Shown here in pieces: positions 17,275 through 28,242 of a DNA stretch of 64,000 nt; positions within the stretch are counted from its first letter, which is position 1; each line of letters opens with the position of its first letter. Under the pieces are notes generated by a model, which ran no database searches, had not been told where the DNA came from, and was given only the letters and a program-made list of their open reading frames with translations. The stretch is from positions 1,438 to 65,437 of the forward strand of contig CAVRLO010000017.1 in the NCBI GenBank assembly GCA_963721815.1. Reading direction: 5' to 3'. The translations under genes were made by a program, and so were the position numbers. The stretch comes from an uncultured Candidatus Rokubacteria bacterium. GTDB lineage: Bacteria > Methylomirabilota > Methylomirabilia > Rokubacteriales > CSP1-6.

Positions 17275-17805
17275 TCAGTGGATCTCCGCGGGCGCCCGCT
17301 CCGGCGACTCCCAACCCATCGCCCAGTAGAACGACTTGATCGTCTGGGAAACGCCCTGGAGCATGAGCAGGAGGAAGCCCACGATGATCATCGACTTGAG
17401 CAGCCAGCGGAGCGGAAGTCCGCCCGGATCGGGCGAGCCTTCCCACACCGACCACGCCGACCGCACGAAGGGCCAGGCGGTGTAGATGACCAGGAGGCAG
17501 GAGGGGAAGAAGAACACCCAGAACAGGACGAGATCGAGCCGCGCTCGGGCCCGCGGTGAGAGCTTCGAGTACATGATGTCGACGCGGACGTGCTCGTCGT
17601 GGAGGAGCGTGTAGCCGGCCGCGAGCAGGTACAGCGTGCCGAAGAGATACCACTCGAGCTCCTGGATCGCCCCGGACGTCATCCGGAACGCGTAGCGCGA
17701 GACGACGTCGCCGAAGACGACGAGGACCATCGCCAGCGACAGCCACGACACGCCCCGCCCAAACCATTCCTGGAAGCGATCGATTCTCCGGGCCAGCTCA
17801 CGCAT
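17275..17805 (-). CDS. dctQ: TRAP transporter small permease
   Basis: Start MRELARRIDRFQEW at 17805 with a GGAGGAGGA Shine-Dalgarno. Four TM helices. Sits directly upstream of dctM. Confidence 0.85.
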   Translation of the reverse strand: MRELARRIDRFQEWFGRGVSWLSLAMVLVVFGDVVSRYAFRMTSGAIQELEWYLFGTLYLLAAGYTLLHDEHVRVDIMYSKLSPRARARLDLVLFWVFFFPSCLLVIYTAWPFVRSAWSVWEGSPDPGGLPLRWLLKSMIIVGFLLLMLQGVSQTIKSFYWAMGWESPERAPAEIH

Positions 17806-17907
17806 CCGGTATCCTCCTCCGACGTGCGACGGCCGACCCGACAGCTCAGCCTGTTCGGCCAGAACGTCGGGGGACGGACGGCGGCGTCCATCCCCCACGT
17901 GGTGGGA

Positions 17908-18996
17908 TCAGCTGCTCAACGTGGCGTAGTACGCGCCCTCGACCTTCGCCCAGTCGGCCGTCCCGGCGTAGAACTTCGCGTACGCGGCAGCCACCTTCTT
18001 GGCCAGGGGACTCTTGTCGGCCTCCTCTTGCATCACCTGAGCCGAGACCTTGCGTGCCCCGTCGAGCACGGCATCGGGGAACCGGATCAGCTCCACCTTG
18101 GTCTTGAACTCCGTGTGCAGGCGCTGGAGCCCGACCGCGTTCTTGACGAAGAACTCCGCATCGGAGGCGGCGAAAATCACGGTCGCGGCGTAGTCGAGCG
18201 CGCGCTGGTGGTCGGCGGGCAGGGCGTCGTAGGCTTTCTTGTTGAAGCTGAATTCGGCGATCGACGTGGGCTCGTGCCAACCGGGGTAGTAGTAGTAGCG
18301 GGCCGCGTTCTGGAAGCCCAGCTTGAGATCGTCGTGCGGCCCGATGAACTCGGCGGCGTCGATCGTGCCGCGCTCGAGCGCCGTGTAGATCTCGCCCGGC
18401 GGCAGGAGCACCACGGCCGCGCCCGCCTTCGCGTACACCTTGCCGGCGAGGCCGGGAATGCGGATCTTGAGCCCCTTGAGATCGTCGACGGTATTGATCT
18501 TCTTTCGGAACCACCCACCCATCTGGGGATTTGTCGACTGGCCGGGCCGCGGCACGACGCCGAAGGACGCGTAGGCGTCTTCCCACAGCGCCAGGCCGCC
18601 ACCGTGCTGGTACCACGCCAAGTACCCCTGCGTGTTGAGTCCGAAGGGCACGGCCGTGAACCACTGGAGCGCGTTTTCCTTACCCGCCCAGTAGTACGCG
18701 GCGCCGTTGAACGCCTCGACCGTACCCTGCAAGCACGCATCGAAGACGCCGGTGGCAGGCATCAGCTCGCCGCCCGCGAACACCTGGATCTTGAGGCGCC
18801 CGCCCGTCAGCTCGTCCACGATTTTGGCGAACCTCTGCGCATTGCCCTGAAGGATGTCGAGGGCCGGCGGCCACATGGTGGGCATCCGCCACTGGACCCG
18901 CGGCTGGGCGATCACGTTCGGCGCGTCGACAACGGACGCCGCGCCGGCGGCCACGAGGATGCCACCAGCCTTCATGACGAATCTTCGTCGCTGCAT
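17908..18996 (-). CDS. dctP: TRAP transporter substrate-binding protein with Tat signal
   Basis: Start MQRRRFVMKAGGILVAAGAAS at 18996 with an AGGAGG Shine-Dalgarno. DctP-family body. Confidence 0.9.
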   Translation of the reverse strand: MQRRRFVMKAGGILVAAGAASVVDAPNVIAQPRVQWRMPTMWPPALDILQGNAQRFAKIVDELTGGRLKIQVFAGGELMPATGVFDACLQGTVEAFNGAAYYWAGKENALQWFTAVPFGLNTQGYLAWYQHGGGLALWEDAYASFGVVPRPGQSTNPQMGGWFRKKINTVDDLKGLKIRIPGLAGKVYAKAGAAVVLLPPGEIYTALERGTIDAAEFIGPHDDLKLGFQNAARYYYYPGWHEPTSIAEFSFNKKAYDALPADHQRALDYAATVIFAASDAEFFVKNAVGLQRLHTEFKTKVELIRFPDAVLDGARKVSAQVMQEEADKSPLAKKVAAAYAKFYAGTADWAKVEGAYYATLSS

Positions 18997-19043
18997 GGAG
19001 AGCCTCCTGCGTTGGGGTGGTTGAGACCGTGCCCACATCGCCG

Positions 19044-19421
19044 CTACCGCGGCACCGCAGCGTACGCGAGCACCTCGATCCGGGTGCCCGGAACCGCCAG
19101 CTCCTGCACCACCACGCACGCCCTCGACGGATACGGCGGCCGGAAGTGGCGCGCGTATACCTCGTCGATCGCCGGCTTGTCCGCGATGCGGGTGATGAAG
19201 AGGATCACCTGCGCGACATCGTCGAGGGTGGCGCCGGCGGCCTCGACGGCGCGCTTCAGATTGGACAGCGCCAGCTCCGCCTGCGCGGCTCCGCTGCCGG
19301 TCTCCGCGGTTCCGTCGGCCCGGATGGGCAGATGTGCGGTGAAGACGACACCGTTCGCGATGACGGCGTGGGAGAAAGGCGCGTGTTCCGGAGCCAGGCC
19401 GGTCGCAACTACCTGACGCAC
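19044..19421 (-). CDS. RidA/YjgF-family enamine/imine deaminase
   Basis: ..APFSHAVIANGVVFTAH..ALSNLKRAVEAAGATLDDVAQVILFI..ARACVVVQELAVPGTRIEV. A GTG start at 19421 after AAGGAGA is preferred over the TTG at 19448. Confidence 0.85.
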   Translation of the reverse strand: MRQVVATGLAPEHAPFSHAVIANGVVFTAHLPIRADGTAETGSGAAQAELALSNLKRAVEAAGATLDDVAQVILFITRIADKPAIDEVYARHFRPPYPSRACVVVQELAVPGTRIEVLAYAAVPR

Positions 19422-19543
19422 GCGGGTCTCCTTTTCATCGCGGCCCAACCTGGCCGCGCCCGATGGTATCAGAATGTCGATTGACTGGGGACGCCCTCAG
19501 CGGTACTGTCCCGCGAGCTCAGCGAGCCGGAATTCGAGATCGA

Positions 19544-20596
19544 ATGTCCGACAATTCGAGCCCGCGTCCGCCCGTCTGCCACGCGCTGCGTGCCACGCCC
19601 GACACGTGCTTCTGGGGCTTTTTCGACAGCTCTCGCCCGCCCGTGCTGGAAGTGCGCTCAGGAGACCTCGTCCGAGTCGAGACGCTGACCCATCAGGCTG
19701 GAGACGCGCCCGATGTCCTGATGGATGTCGGCGTCGAGGCGGTGTACCGCGGCATCCCGATGGCCGAGCGCGGCCCCGGTGTACACATCATGACCGGGCC
19801 CATCCGCGTGGCAGAGGCGGAGCCCGGCGATACCCTCGAGGTTCGGCTGCTCGCCATGGAGCCGCGGCTGCCCTACGGGACGAACATCGCGGCCTGGTGG
19901 GGCTACCTCTACGAGGATTTCGGCAAGGAGCGCATCACGATCTATCACATCGACAAGGCGGCCGGTCTGGCTCGCGCCGCGTTCGCGTTCGACTACACGA
20001 CGACGCCGCGCTACGACCAGCCGGGTATAGTCGTCCCACCCGACCAGGACGCGCGTCGTCCGGCACTCCCGAACGTGGTGGTCCCGCTTCGGCCCCATCT
20101 GGGTGTATGCGGCGTCGCGCCGCCGGAGGTCGGGCGGATCAACAGCATCCCGCCCGGTGTGTTCGGCGGCAACATCGACAACTGGCGCTTCGGCCCGGGT
20201 GCCGCGATGTACTACCCGGTCTTCCATCCGGGCGCGCTCTGCTATCTCGGCGATCCCCACATGGCCGAAGGTGACGCCGAGCTCTCGGGCACGGCGATCG
20301 AGGCCTCGGCGAACGTGCTCGTCGAGCTGCGCGTCCGGAAGGACTTTTCCCTCCCCGGACCGGTGCTCGAGACGCCGACGCACTGGATCACCCACGGCTT
20401 CGACGAGGACCTGAACCGCGCCATGAAGTCTGCGGCCCGCGCCCTGCTCGACCTCGTAGTCACGCGCCATGGACAGAGCCGCGACGACGCCTATTCACTG
20501 GTTTCCGTGGCCGCCGACTTCGCGGTCACGCAGGTCGTGGATATGCGCCTGGGCGTGCACGGCATGATCGCCAAGAGCCTGTTCCTTCCCACCTGA
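19544..20596 (+). CDS. acetamidase/formamidase-family amidohydrolase
   Basis: ..HIMTGPIRVAEAEPGDTLEV..GGNIDNWRFGPGAAMYYPVFHPGALCYLGDPHMAEGDAELSGTAIE.. is the FmdA_AmdA signature. Start MSDNSS. Confidence 0.85.
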   Translation: MSDNSSPRPPVCHALRATPDTCFWGFFDSSRPPVLEVRSGDLVRVETLTHQAGDAPDVLMDVGVEAVYRGIPMAERGPGVHIMTGPIRVAEAEPGDTLEVRLLAMEPRLPYGTNIAAWWGYLYEDFGKERITIYHIDKAAGLARAAFAFDYTTTPRYDQPGIVVPPDQDARRPALPNVVVPLRPHLGVCGVAPPEVGRINSIPPGVFGGNIDNWRFGPGAAMYYPVFHPGALCYLGDPHMAEGDAELSGTAIEASANVLVELRVRKDFSLPGPVLETPTHWITHGFDEDLNRAMKSAARALLDLVVTRHGQSRDDAYSLVSVAADFAVTQVVDMRLGVHGMIAKSLFLPT

Positions 20597-20887
20597 GGGG
20601 CGACCGGACGACGCGCATCCTCTGTGGCTGGCTACCGCAAATTCACGCGCTCTACGATTTCCCGCGATCTTCGAAGGTGATAGTCGTCACCCTCGAAAAC
20701 CGCAGAATCACCCAGAATCGCCCCACCGAATGGCAGCGAGATGGCAACGGCTCCCAGCCTGTCTACCCCGCTGAGCGTGATTTGGAGCCGGTGCGATCGC
20801 TTCGTCACCGACGGCCGAGAGGACGGCGACGCTGGGACAGCTCATCGCCCGAATGGCAGACCCAAGTGACTATCCACGACAAACCAC

Positions 20888-21556
20888 CTACTCCGTGGGT
20901 AGAGATAGAGCGGTCTGGATCGCGGCGTTGATCGCGCGCACGCCTGCGGCAGGACCGTGGGCGTCGTTCCAGACGCCGCCGATGATAGCGAGGAGATTCG
21001 CTCCCATCCGGACGAGTGGAACCAGATTCGCCGCGGTGATCCCGCCGATGGCGCAGGAGGGCACCCTCCTCTGCCGCGACCACTGGCGCAGGACCTCGGG
21101 ATCGGCCAGGCTCGTGACCTGTTTCGAGGTCGACGGGAAAAAGGCGCCGAAGGCCACGTAGTCGGCGCCGTCGTCGACGGCCCGCCCGGCGAGATTCAGA
21201 GACGACCTGCAGGTGACACCGAGCGTGAGGTTGGGGCCGAGCAGGCGCCGAGCCTCCCGCGCGGGCACGTCCCCCTGGCCGACGTGGGCGCCGTCGCACC
21301 CCGAGGCCGCGACGAGGTCGGCGCGGTCGTTCAACAGGAAGAGAACGCCGCGCGACTGGGACACCGGGCGAAGCGCGTCGATCGCGCGCTTCCAGCCGTC
21401 ATCATCCGAGTTCTTCAGCCGAAGTTGGACCGCGGCGACGTCGCCAGAGTCGAGCGCCGTGGCGAGCCGGTCGGGGAAGGTCCTGAGATCGACCGTCTCG
21501 GGCGTGATGATGTAGAGCCTGCAGCCCCCAGCGTTCAACGCTTCACTCCAACCCAC
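20888..21556 (-). CDS. thiE: thiamine-phosphate synthase
   Basis: ..RLYIITPE..AVQLRLKN..LFLLNDRADLVAASGCDGAHVGQGD..GVTCRS..DYVAFGAFFPSTSK..AIGGI. The start is uncertain (GTG 21556 or TTG 21538). Confidence 0.85.
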   Translation of the reverse strand: MGWSEALNAGGCRLYIITPETVDLRTFPDRLATALDSGDVAAVQLRLKNSDDDGWKRAIDALRPVSQSRGVLFLLNDRADLVAASGCDGAHVGQGDVPAREARRLLGPNLTLGVTCRSSLNLAGRAVDDGADYVAFGAFFPSTSKQVTSLADPEVLRQWSRQRRVPSCAIGGITAANLVPLVRMGANLLAIIGGVWNDAHGPAAGVRAINAAIQTALSLPTE

Positions 21557-21712
21557 TGAGTCGAACTCTCAGGGGTAGTCGTAACGCTTCGGCTTCCCGG
21601 TCAGCCCCAACCAGTACTTCTTCCGCTTCTTCGAGAGCACACCGTCCGTCTCTTCTTCCTGCCATCCCGGCTTGGCCGCCGACTAGAGCATCGCTGTCTC
21701 GACTCAAGGCCT

Positions 21713-22921
21713 TCAGATCACCCGCTTCTCGCGCAGCGCCCGCACCTCGTCGGCGCTAAAGCCGCCGAGGCTGGTCAATACCGTCTCGGTATGCTCGCCC
21801 ATGAGCGGCGCTCGAGTCGGCACGAACGGCGAGTCGGACAGGCGTACCGGACAGCCGATCACCGAGAACCGTCCGCGCGTCGGGTGGTCGATGTCATAGA
21901 CCGCGCCGCGCTCGCGCAGGTGCGGGTTGGCCAGCACCTCGGCGGTGTCGAGGACGGCACCGCAGACCACCCCGCGGCTCGCGAGGGCTTTCATCACCTC
22001 ATGTTTGCTGCGCGAGCGCCCCCAGCCCTCGAGAATCTCGGTCAGCGCCGCGGCGTTCCGGGCCCGCGCCGGCGGTGTGGCGAAGCGCTCATCCTTCTGC
22101 AGTTGGGGCTGGCCGATGACCTCCGTCACAGCGGTGAACATCTCCGGGTTGTCGGGCGGGATAATAAGGTAGACCGCCTCGTTCAAGCCATCGCCGGCGC
22201 AGCGGATCAGGTCGGCATAGCCGCCGGTCGCCGAGCGGTTGCCGGTGCGACCCAGCGGCTTGCCGTCCCGCAGGGTCGGCGTGAACTTGACCCGGGTCAG
22301 GTTTAGTACCGCTTCCTGCATCGCGACCTCGACAAGCTGGCCCTTGCCGGTGCGGCCGCGCTGCACGAGGGCCGCGAGGATGGCGATCGCGAGGTGCATG
22401 CCGGTCCCGCTGTCGCCGATGTTGGCGCCGTTGAGCAGCGGCGGCCCGTCGGCCTCGCCGGTCACGCTCATCGCGCCGGAGGTCGCCTGGGCCACTGGCT
22501 CGAAGCACTTGTAGGCGCTGTATGGACCGTAGGAGCCGAAGCCCTTGACCGAGGCATACACCGCGCGCGGGTTCAGCACCTTGACCGCCTCGTAGCCCAG
22601 CCCGAGCCGCTCCATCACCCCGGGGCCGAGGTTTTCGGCGATGACATCGGCCTCCGTGACCAGGCGGCGCGCAATATCCTTGCCCTCGACAGTCTTCAGA
22701 TCGACGACGATGCTGCGCTTGTTGCTGTTGAGCAGCAGAAAGAAATAGCTGTCGGCCGGATCGTCCGGCGTCGCCCACAGCCGCCGCGCCCGGTCGCCGT
22801 GCGGAGGCCGCTCAATCTTGATCACATCGGCGCCGAGCCAGGCCAGCATCTGGGTGCAGGAGGGCCCCGCCTGGTCGTGGGTGAAGTCGATGACGCGAAT
22901 GCCTTCGAGCGCTTGGCTCAT
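21713..22921 (-). CDS. family III CoA-transferase (CaiB/BaiF/Frc-like)
   Basis: 402 aa. MSQALEGIRVIDFTHDQAGPSCTQMLAWLGADVIKIE.. and a conserved catalytic Asp region. Confidence 0.9.
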   Translation of the reverse strand: MSQALEGIRVIDFTHDQAGPSCTQMLAWLGADVIKIERPPHGDRARRLWATPDDPADSYFFLLLNSNKRSIVVDLKTVEGKDIARRLVTEADVIAENLGPGVMERLGLGYEAVKVLNPRAVYASVKGFGSYGPYSAYKCFEPVAQATSGAMSVTGEADGPPLLNGANIGDSGTGMHLAIAILAALVQRGRTGKGQLVEVAMQEAVLNLTRVKFTPTLRDGKPLGRTGNRSATGGYADLIRCAGDGLNEAVYLIIPPDNPEMFTAVTEVIGQPQLQKDERFATPPARARNAAALTEILEGWGRSRSKHEVMKALASRGVVCGAVLDTAEVLANPHLRERGAVYDIDHPTRGRFSVIGCPVRLSDSPFVPTRAPLMGEHTETVLTSLGGFSADEVRALREKRVI

Positions 22922-23003
22922 CTTCTCTCTCCTGACTGCGCGGTATCTTTCACGCTCTCCCGGAGGTAAGTGGCATCGTGAACCGCTTCCCGTCAGCGCG
23001 CCA

Positions 23004-24863
<1,860 letters not shown>

Positions 24864-24977
24864 GCGGCTATGCTACCGCGCAAGGTGCGGCATGCGTGAG
24901 ATGACCTTCAGGGACGCTCCGGCCGACGCGATGGCGACAGAGATACGGCGCGACCCTTTCGCGGCGGTTGACCGCTC

Positions 24978-26555
24978 CTACGTCGAGGCCCGGCCCCTCC
25001 GCAGCGCCCGGCCGGCCAGCATCCCCGTGTGCTTGCCGCTGTCCACGACGATCTGGCCGTTGACGATCACGTAGTCGATCCCGATCGGGAACTGCTTCGG
25101 CTGCGTCCGCGTCGCCGGCGCCTTGACCATCTTGGCGTCGAACACGACGACGTCGGCCTTGAAGCCGTCCCGCAGCAGGCCGCGGTCGGGTAACCCGAGG
25201 CGCTGGGCCGGGAACGACGTCATCTTCCGGATGGCGTCGGGCAGCGCCAGGAACCGCTCCTCGCGCACGAATTCGGCGAGGATAACCGGGAAGCAGCCGT
25301 ACGTGCGTGGGCTCGGGTAGTCGCCGATCAGCACCGCGTCGCTGCCCACCATCGAAAGCGGGTGGCTCACGAACTTCGGCAACGTGGCGAGGTTGCCGCC
25401 CGCTGACACGTAGCAGGTCTCCAGATCTTCCTCGACGAGCAGGTCGCAGACGACGTCGATCGGATCCTTGTCGAGCAAGTCGGCGACCTGCAGGATCGAC
25501 CGGCCCTCAAAGCGGTGGTTGGCCGGCTTCCGGAAGTTGGTGAGCCACATGTCGCCCCACGAGCTGGCGCGCGGGCCCATCTCCGAGCGGAGCCGGGTGC
25601 GCAGCTTCTGATCGCGGAGGACCTCCATCAGCCGCGCGTAGCCGCCGTCGTGGGTCCACTGCGGCAGCAGGATCGTCAGCCGGGTCGACGACAGGTTGTA
25701 CGGGTAGCTGTCGAACGTCACGTCCAGGCCGGCGTCGCGCGCGTCCTCTACCAGACCGAGCATGCGGCCAGCGCCGCCCGGCGAGGTCGTGCGGTGGTAG
25801 AAGTGCGTGATGTGGACGGGGATGTCGCTGCCCCGACCGATATCGAGGGCCTCGCGGAAGGGATCGAGGAACTTATCGCCGAGGCTGTAGCGCACATGGG
25901 TGTGGTAGATGCCGCCGAGCCGGGCCGCCTCGCGGGAGAGCTCCGTGAGCTCCGCCGTGTCGGCGTAGCTGCCGGGCGGGTAATCGAGGCCGGTCGACAT
26001 CCCCCAGGCACCTTCCTCCATAGCGGTCCGCAGCAGCGCCTTCTGGTTCGCCATCTCGTCTCGCGTGGCGGGCCGGTCGCCCCAGCCGACCGCGCCGATG
26101 CGCAGTGGCGAGTTGCCGACGACGTAGGCGATGTTCACCGCCACGCGCCGCGTGAACATGTCGAGGTACTGCTCGACGGTGGACCACCGGCCGGGAAGCC
26201 GCGGGTTGCCGTCGAGCCCGGAGTTGATCTGCACGAACTTCAGGAAGTCATCGTGGGAGTGGAACGGGGCGTAGGAGTTGCCGTCGATGCCGATCAGCTC
26301 CGTGGTGATGCCCTGCCGGACTTTCGGCTCGTGCTGCGGCTCGGCGAGGATCACCAGCCCGGAGTGCGCGTGCATGTCGATGAACCCGGGGCAGACCACG
26401 CGGCTGGTGGCGTCGATGACGCGCCGGGCCTCGATGCCCGCCGTGTCACCGCGCAGGATGCGGACGCGCTCGTCCTCGACAGCGACGGCGCCGTAGAAGC
26501 CCGGGTTGCCCGAGCCGTCAATGATGAGGCCTCCGCGGATGAGCAGGTCGAGCAT
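24978..26555 (-). CDS. N-acyl-D-amino-acid deacylase (D-aminoacylase) family amidohydrolase
   Basis: Start MLDLLIRGGLIIDGSGNPG at 26555 with a GAGGAGG Shine-Dalgarno. ..PGFIDMHAHSG..IYHTHVR..HITHF..GSD... The 611-aa track ORF is an upstream extension. Confidence 0.9.
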   Translation of the reverse strand: MLDLLIRGGLIIDGSGNPGFYGAVAVEDERVRILRGDTAGIEARRVIDATSRVVCPGFIDMHAHSGLVILAEPQHEPKVRQGITTELIGIDGNSYAPFHSHDDFLKFVQINSGLDGNPRLPGRWSTVEQYLDMFTRRVAVNIAYVVGNSPLRIGAVGWGDRPATRDEMANQKALLRTAMEEGAWGMSTGLDYPPGSYADTAELTELSREAARLGGIYHTHVRYSLGDKFLDPFREALDIGRGSDIPVHITHFYHRTTSPGGAGRMLGLVEDARDAGLDVTFDSYPYNLSSTRLTILLPQWTHDGGYARLMEVLRDQKLRTRLRSEMGPRASSWGDMWLTNFRKPANHRFEGRSILQVADLLDKDPIDVVCDLLVEEDLETCYVSAGGNLATLPKFVSHPLSMVGSDAVLIGDYPSPRTYGCFPVILAEFVREERFLALPDAIRKMTSFPAQRLGLPDRGLLRDGFKADVVVFDAKMVKAPATRTQPKQFPIGIDYVIVNGQIVVDSGKHTGMLAGRALRRGRAST

Positions 26556-26908
26556 GGTGGGCCTCCTCGGCGTCGTCGGTTCGATCAGTGTCCGACGAAC
26601 AGACAATCTACAGCTATCCTGCAGCTCCTCCTGCGCGGCGATCCCGATCCGCTGATCATTTGACCAGCCGGAGGATAATCTCGATAGCACACGGAATCTA
26701 TCGGCGCTCCCGACGTCAAGAATCCTCGCCGCAAACACTCGCGGCGGCAAAGAGGCTTTCAACCGGCGGCGGGAGAAGTATGACTCTAGGTCGCCGCATT
26801 GATCATTGCCCATAGCCCTCGGCGCTGTAGCTCACTTTGCCCTCCACCGTGCCTTCGGCCTCCCTATGCCGCACGCACGATTCTGCGACACTTCGGTGTC
26901 CCAAAGAC

Positions 26909-26933
26909 GTTCGAATCCCGTTCGGGGCCACCA
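26909..26933 (+). other. tRNA 3'-end-like fragment (T-loop, 3' T-stem strand, acceptor strand, ..CCA)
   Basis: GTTCGAATCCCGTTCGGGGCCACCA. The upstream 50 nt do not fold as D or anticodon arms. A GACAC-UUCG-GUGUC hairpin sits at 26887-26900. Confidence 0.45.
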
Positions 26934-27158
26934 GTTCGATTTCGTTAACGTTCACGCTCCAAGCTTGAGGACATCTCGCTAAGGTCCTCAAACACGGAGA
27001 CCGTGTCGCTCGGTTTCAATCCCTGCTTTTCCGTGTTTGATGCTCGTCTCCCCGCCCGCGTACGCGTCGAAAATCACGTGCGAGCAGGACTCAAAACACC
27101 GTTTTTGGCCGCCAAGCATCCGTGAAGCTTCTCCTCGTAGAACGACACCGCGCGCTTG

Positions 27159-28157
27159 TCACCGCTTTTTCCGCTCGAGCGCCTCCGGATTCACCACGTC
27201 GATCGGCTTGCCCGCGGCCCACGCCAGCAGCCGCTCGACTCCGCCGGCGTAGATGCCCTCGTACCCTTCCTGTTCCGCGTAGCCGAGGTGGGGCGTGCAC
27301 AGCGCATTGCTCATCGTGAGCAGCGGATGCGCGCCGCCGACGACGGGCTCCGTTTCGTAGACGTCCACCGCCGCGAAACCCGGGCGGCCCTTGGCCAGCG
27401 CGGCGACGAGCGCTCCCTCCGCGATGATGGGGGCGCGGCTCGTGTTGACGAGGAGCGCGGTCGGCTTCATGCGCGCGAGATCGTCGGCCGTGACGATGCC
27501 GCGGGTCTCCTTGCCTCCCGGCAGGTGCAGGCTGAGGACGTCGGCCTCCTCGAAGAAGGCCTCCCGGCTCTTCGCGACCTCGAAACCCTCCGCACGGGCG
27601 CGCGCCGTCGAGCCTTCACGGCCCCAGCACACGACCTTCATCCCGAACGCCCGTCCGACCCGCGCCACTGCGGCCCCAATGTGGCCGAAGGCGTAGATGC
27701 CCAGCGTATTGCCCTCGAGTCGCGTGCCGACGGTCGTGTGCCAGTGTCCCTGCTTGAGGCGCTCCACCTCGAAGGGCAGGTGGCGCAGCGACGCGAGGAT
27801 CAATCCCCACGTGAGCTCCGCGGTCGTGGAATAGGGAGTGCGCCCGCCGCCCCCTCCACCCCGGCCGGCGGAGACCACCACGCCGTGCTCGGTGCAGGCG
27901 GCAAGGTCGATGTGGTAGACGTTGGCGCTCGTCTGACTGATGAATCTCAGATCGGGGAGCCGCGCGACGATCTCGCGGGTCACGGGCACCCGCTGCTGCG
28001 TGAGCAGCACGGCCTCGCAGCCGGCCACCTGCTCGACGACGCGCGCCGGGTCCGTGTAGGCGTCGGTGTGAACGACGACGTCGTGCCCCTGCAGCCGCTG
28101 ATAGGCGCGCGTCGTGCGAAAGACGTCCGCGTAGTCGTGAATCACCGCGATTTTCAT
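27159..28157 (-). CDS. D-isomer-specific 2-hydroxyacid dehydrogenase
   Basis: Start MKIAVIHD at 28157 with a GAGGAAGG Shine-Dalgarno. ..GIYAFGHIGAAVARVGRAFGMKV..LLVNTSRAP..TPHLGY... Confidence 0.9.
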   Translation of the reverse strand: MKIAVIHDYADVFRTTRAYQRLQGHDVVVHTDAYTDPARVVEQVAGCEAVLLTQQRVPVTREIVARLPDLRFISQTSANVYHIDLAACTEHGVVVSAGRGGGGGGRTPYSTTAELTWGLILASLRHLPFEVERLKQGHWHTTVGTRLEGNTLGIYAFGHIGAAVARVGRAFGMKVVCWGREGSTARARAEGFEVAKSREAFFEEADVLSLHLPGGKETRGIVTADDLARMKPTALLVNTSRAPIIAEGALVAALAKGRPGFAAVDVYETEPVVGGAHPLLTMSNALCTPHLGYAEQEGYEGIYAGGVERLLAWAAGKPIDVVNPEALERKKR

Positions 28158-28242
28158 GGGCCTTCCTCGAAAGTTGATGGGATGCCGACGGACGATTGTA
28201 TCGCGCAAGCAGCTGGTATGATCCGCTCGGGAGAACGACGAC

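Noticed and set aside
15014-17767. 917-aa minus-strand ORF spanning the deacetylase, dctM and dctQ regions.
   Set aside because: Only the last 293 codons (from MLRDHGRFPYS, with its own GAGGAGG Shine-Dalgarno) resemble a protein. The upstream part is an out-of-frame read-through of the TRAP permease genes, which have their own clear frames.
20597-20887. Intergenic region after thiE, with a repeated CGAATGGCAG 10-mer (about 20727 and about 20845) and ORF 20677..20931.
   Set aside because: The repeat is short. The ORF is low-complexity with no Shine-Dalgarno. No ThiS-like (..GG-stop) reading was found.
21557-21712. Possible TPP riboswitch upstream of thiE (CTGAGA and GGGG..ACCCC strings). Also a 33-codon stop-to-stop remnant ..PGWQEEETDGVLSKKRKKYWLGLTGKPKRYDYP.
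   Set aside because: The conserved elements are in the wrong order and the ACCUGAUCUGGAUAAUGCCAGCG core is absent. The peptide has no start codon and no family was recognised. thiE is probably co-transcribed with the upstream CoA-transferase gene.
24864-24977. Possible SAM, SAH or cobalamin riboswitch in the 114-nt leader of the homocysteine methyltransferase/MTHFR gene.
   Set aside because: None of the signature cores could be recognised by eye. It needs an Infernal scan before any claim.
26821-26834. GGCGCTGTAGCTCA, resembling the 5' acceptor/D-arm of a tRNA about 75 nt before the 3'-end-like fragment.
   Set aside because: Its acceptor strand is not complementary to the downstream TCGGGGC/CGGGGCC. 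No D-stem closure. A 9-mer match of this kind is expected by chance in 128 kb of two-strand sequence.
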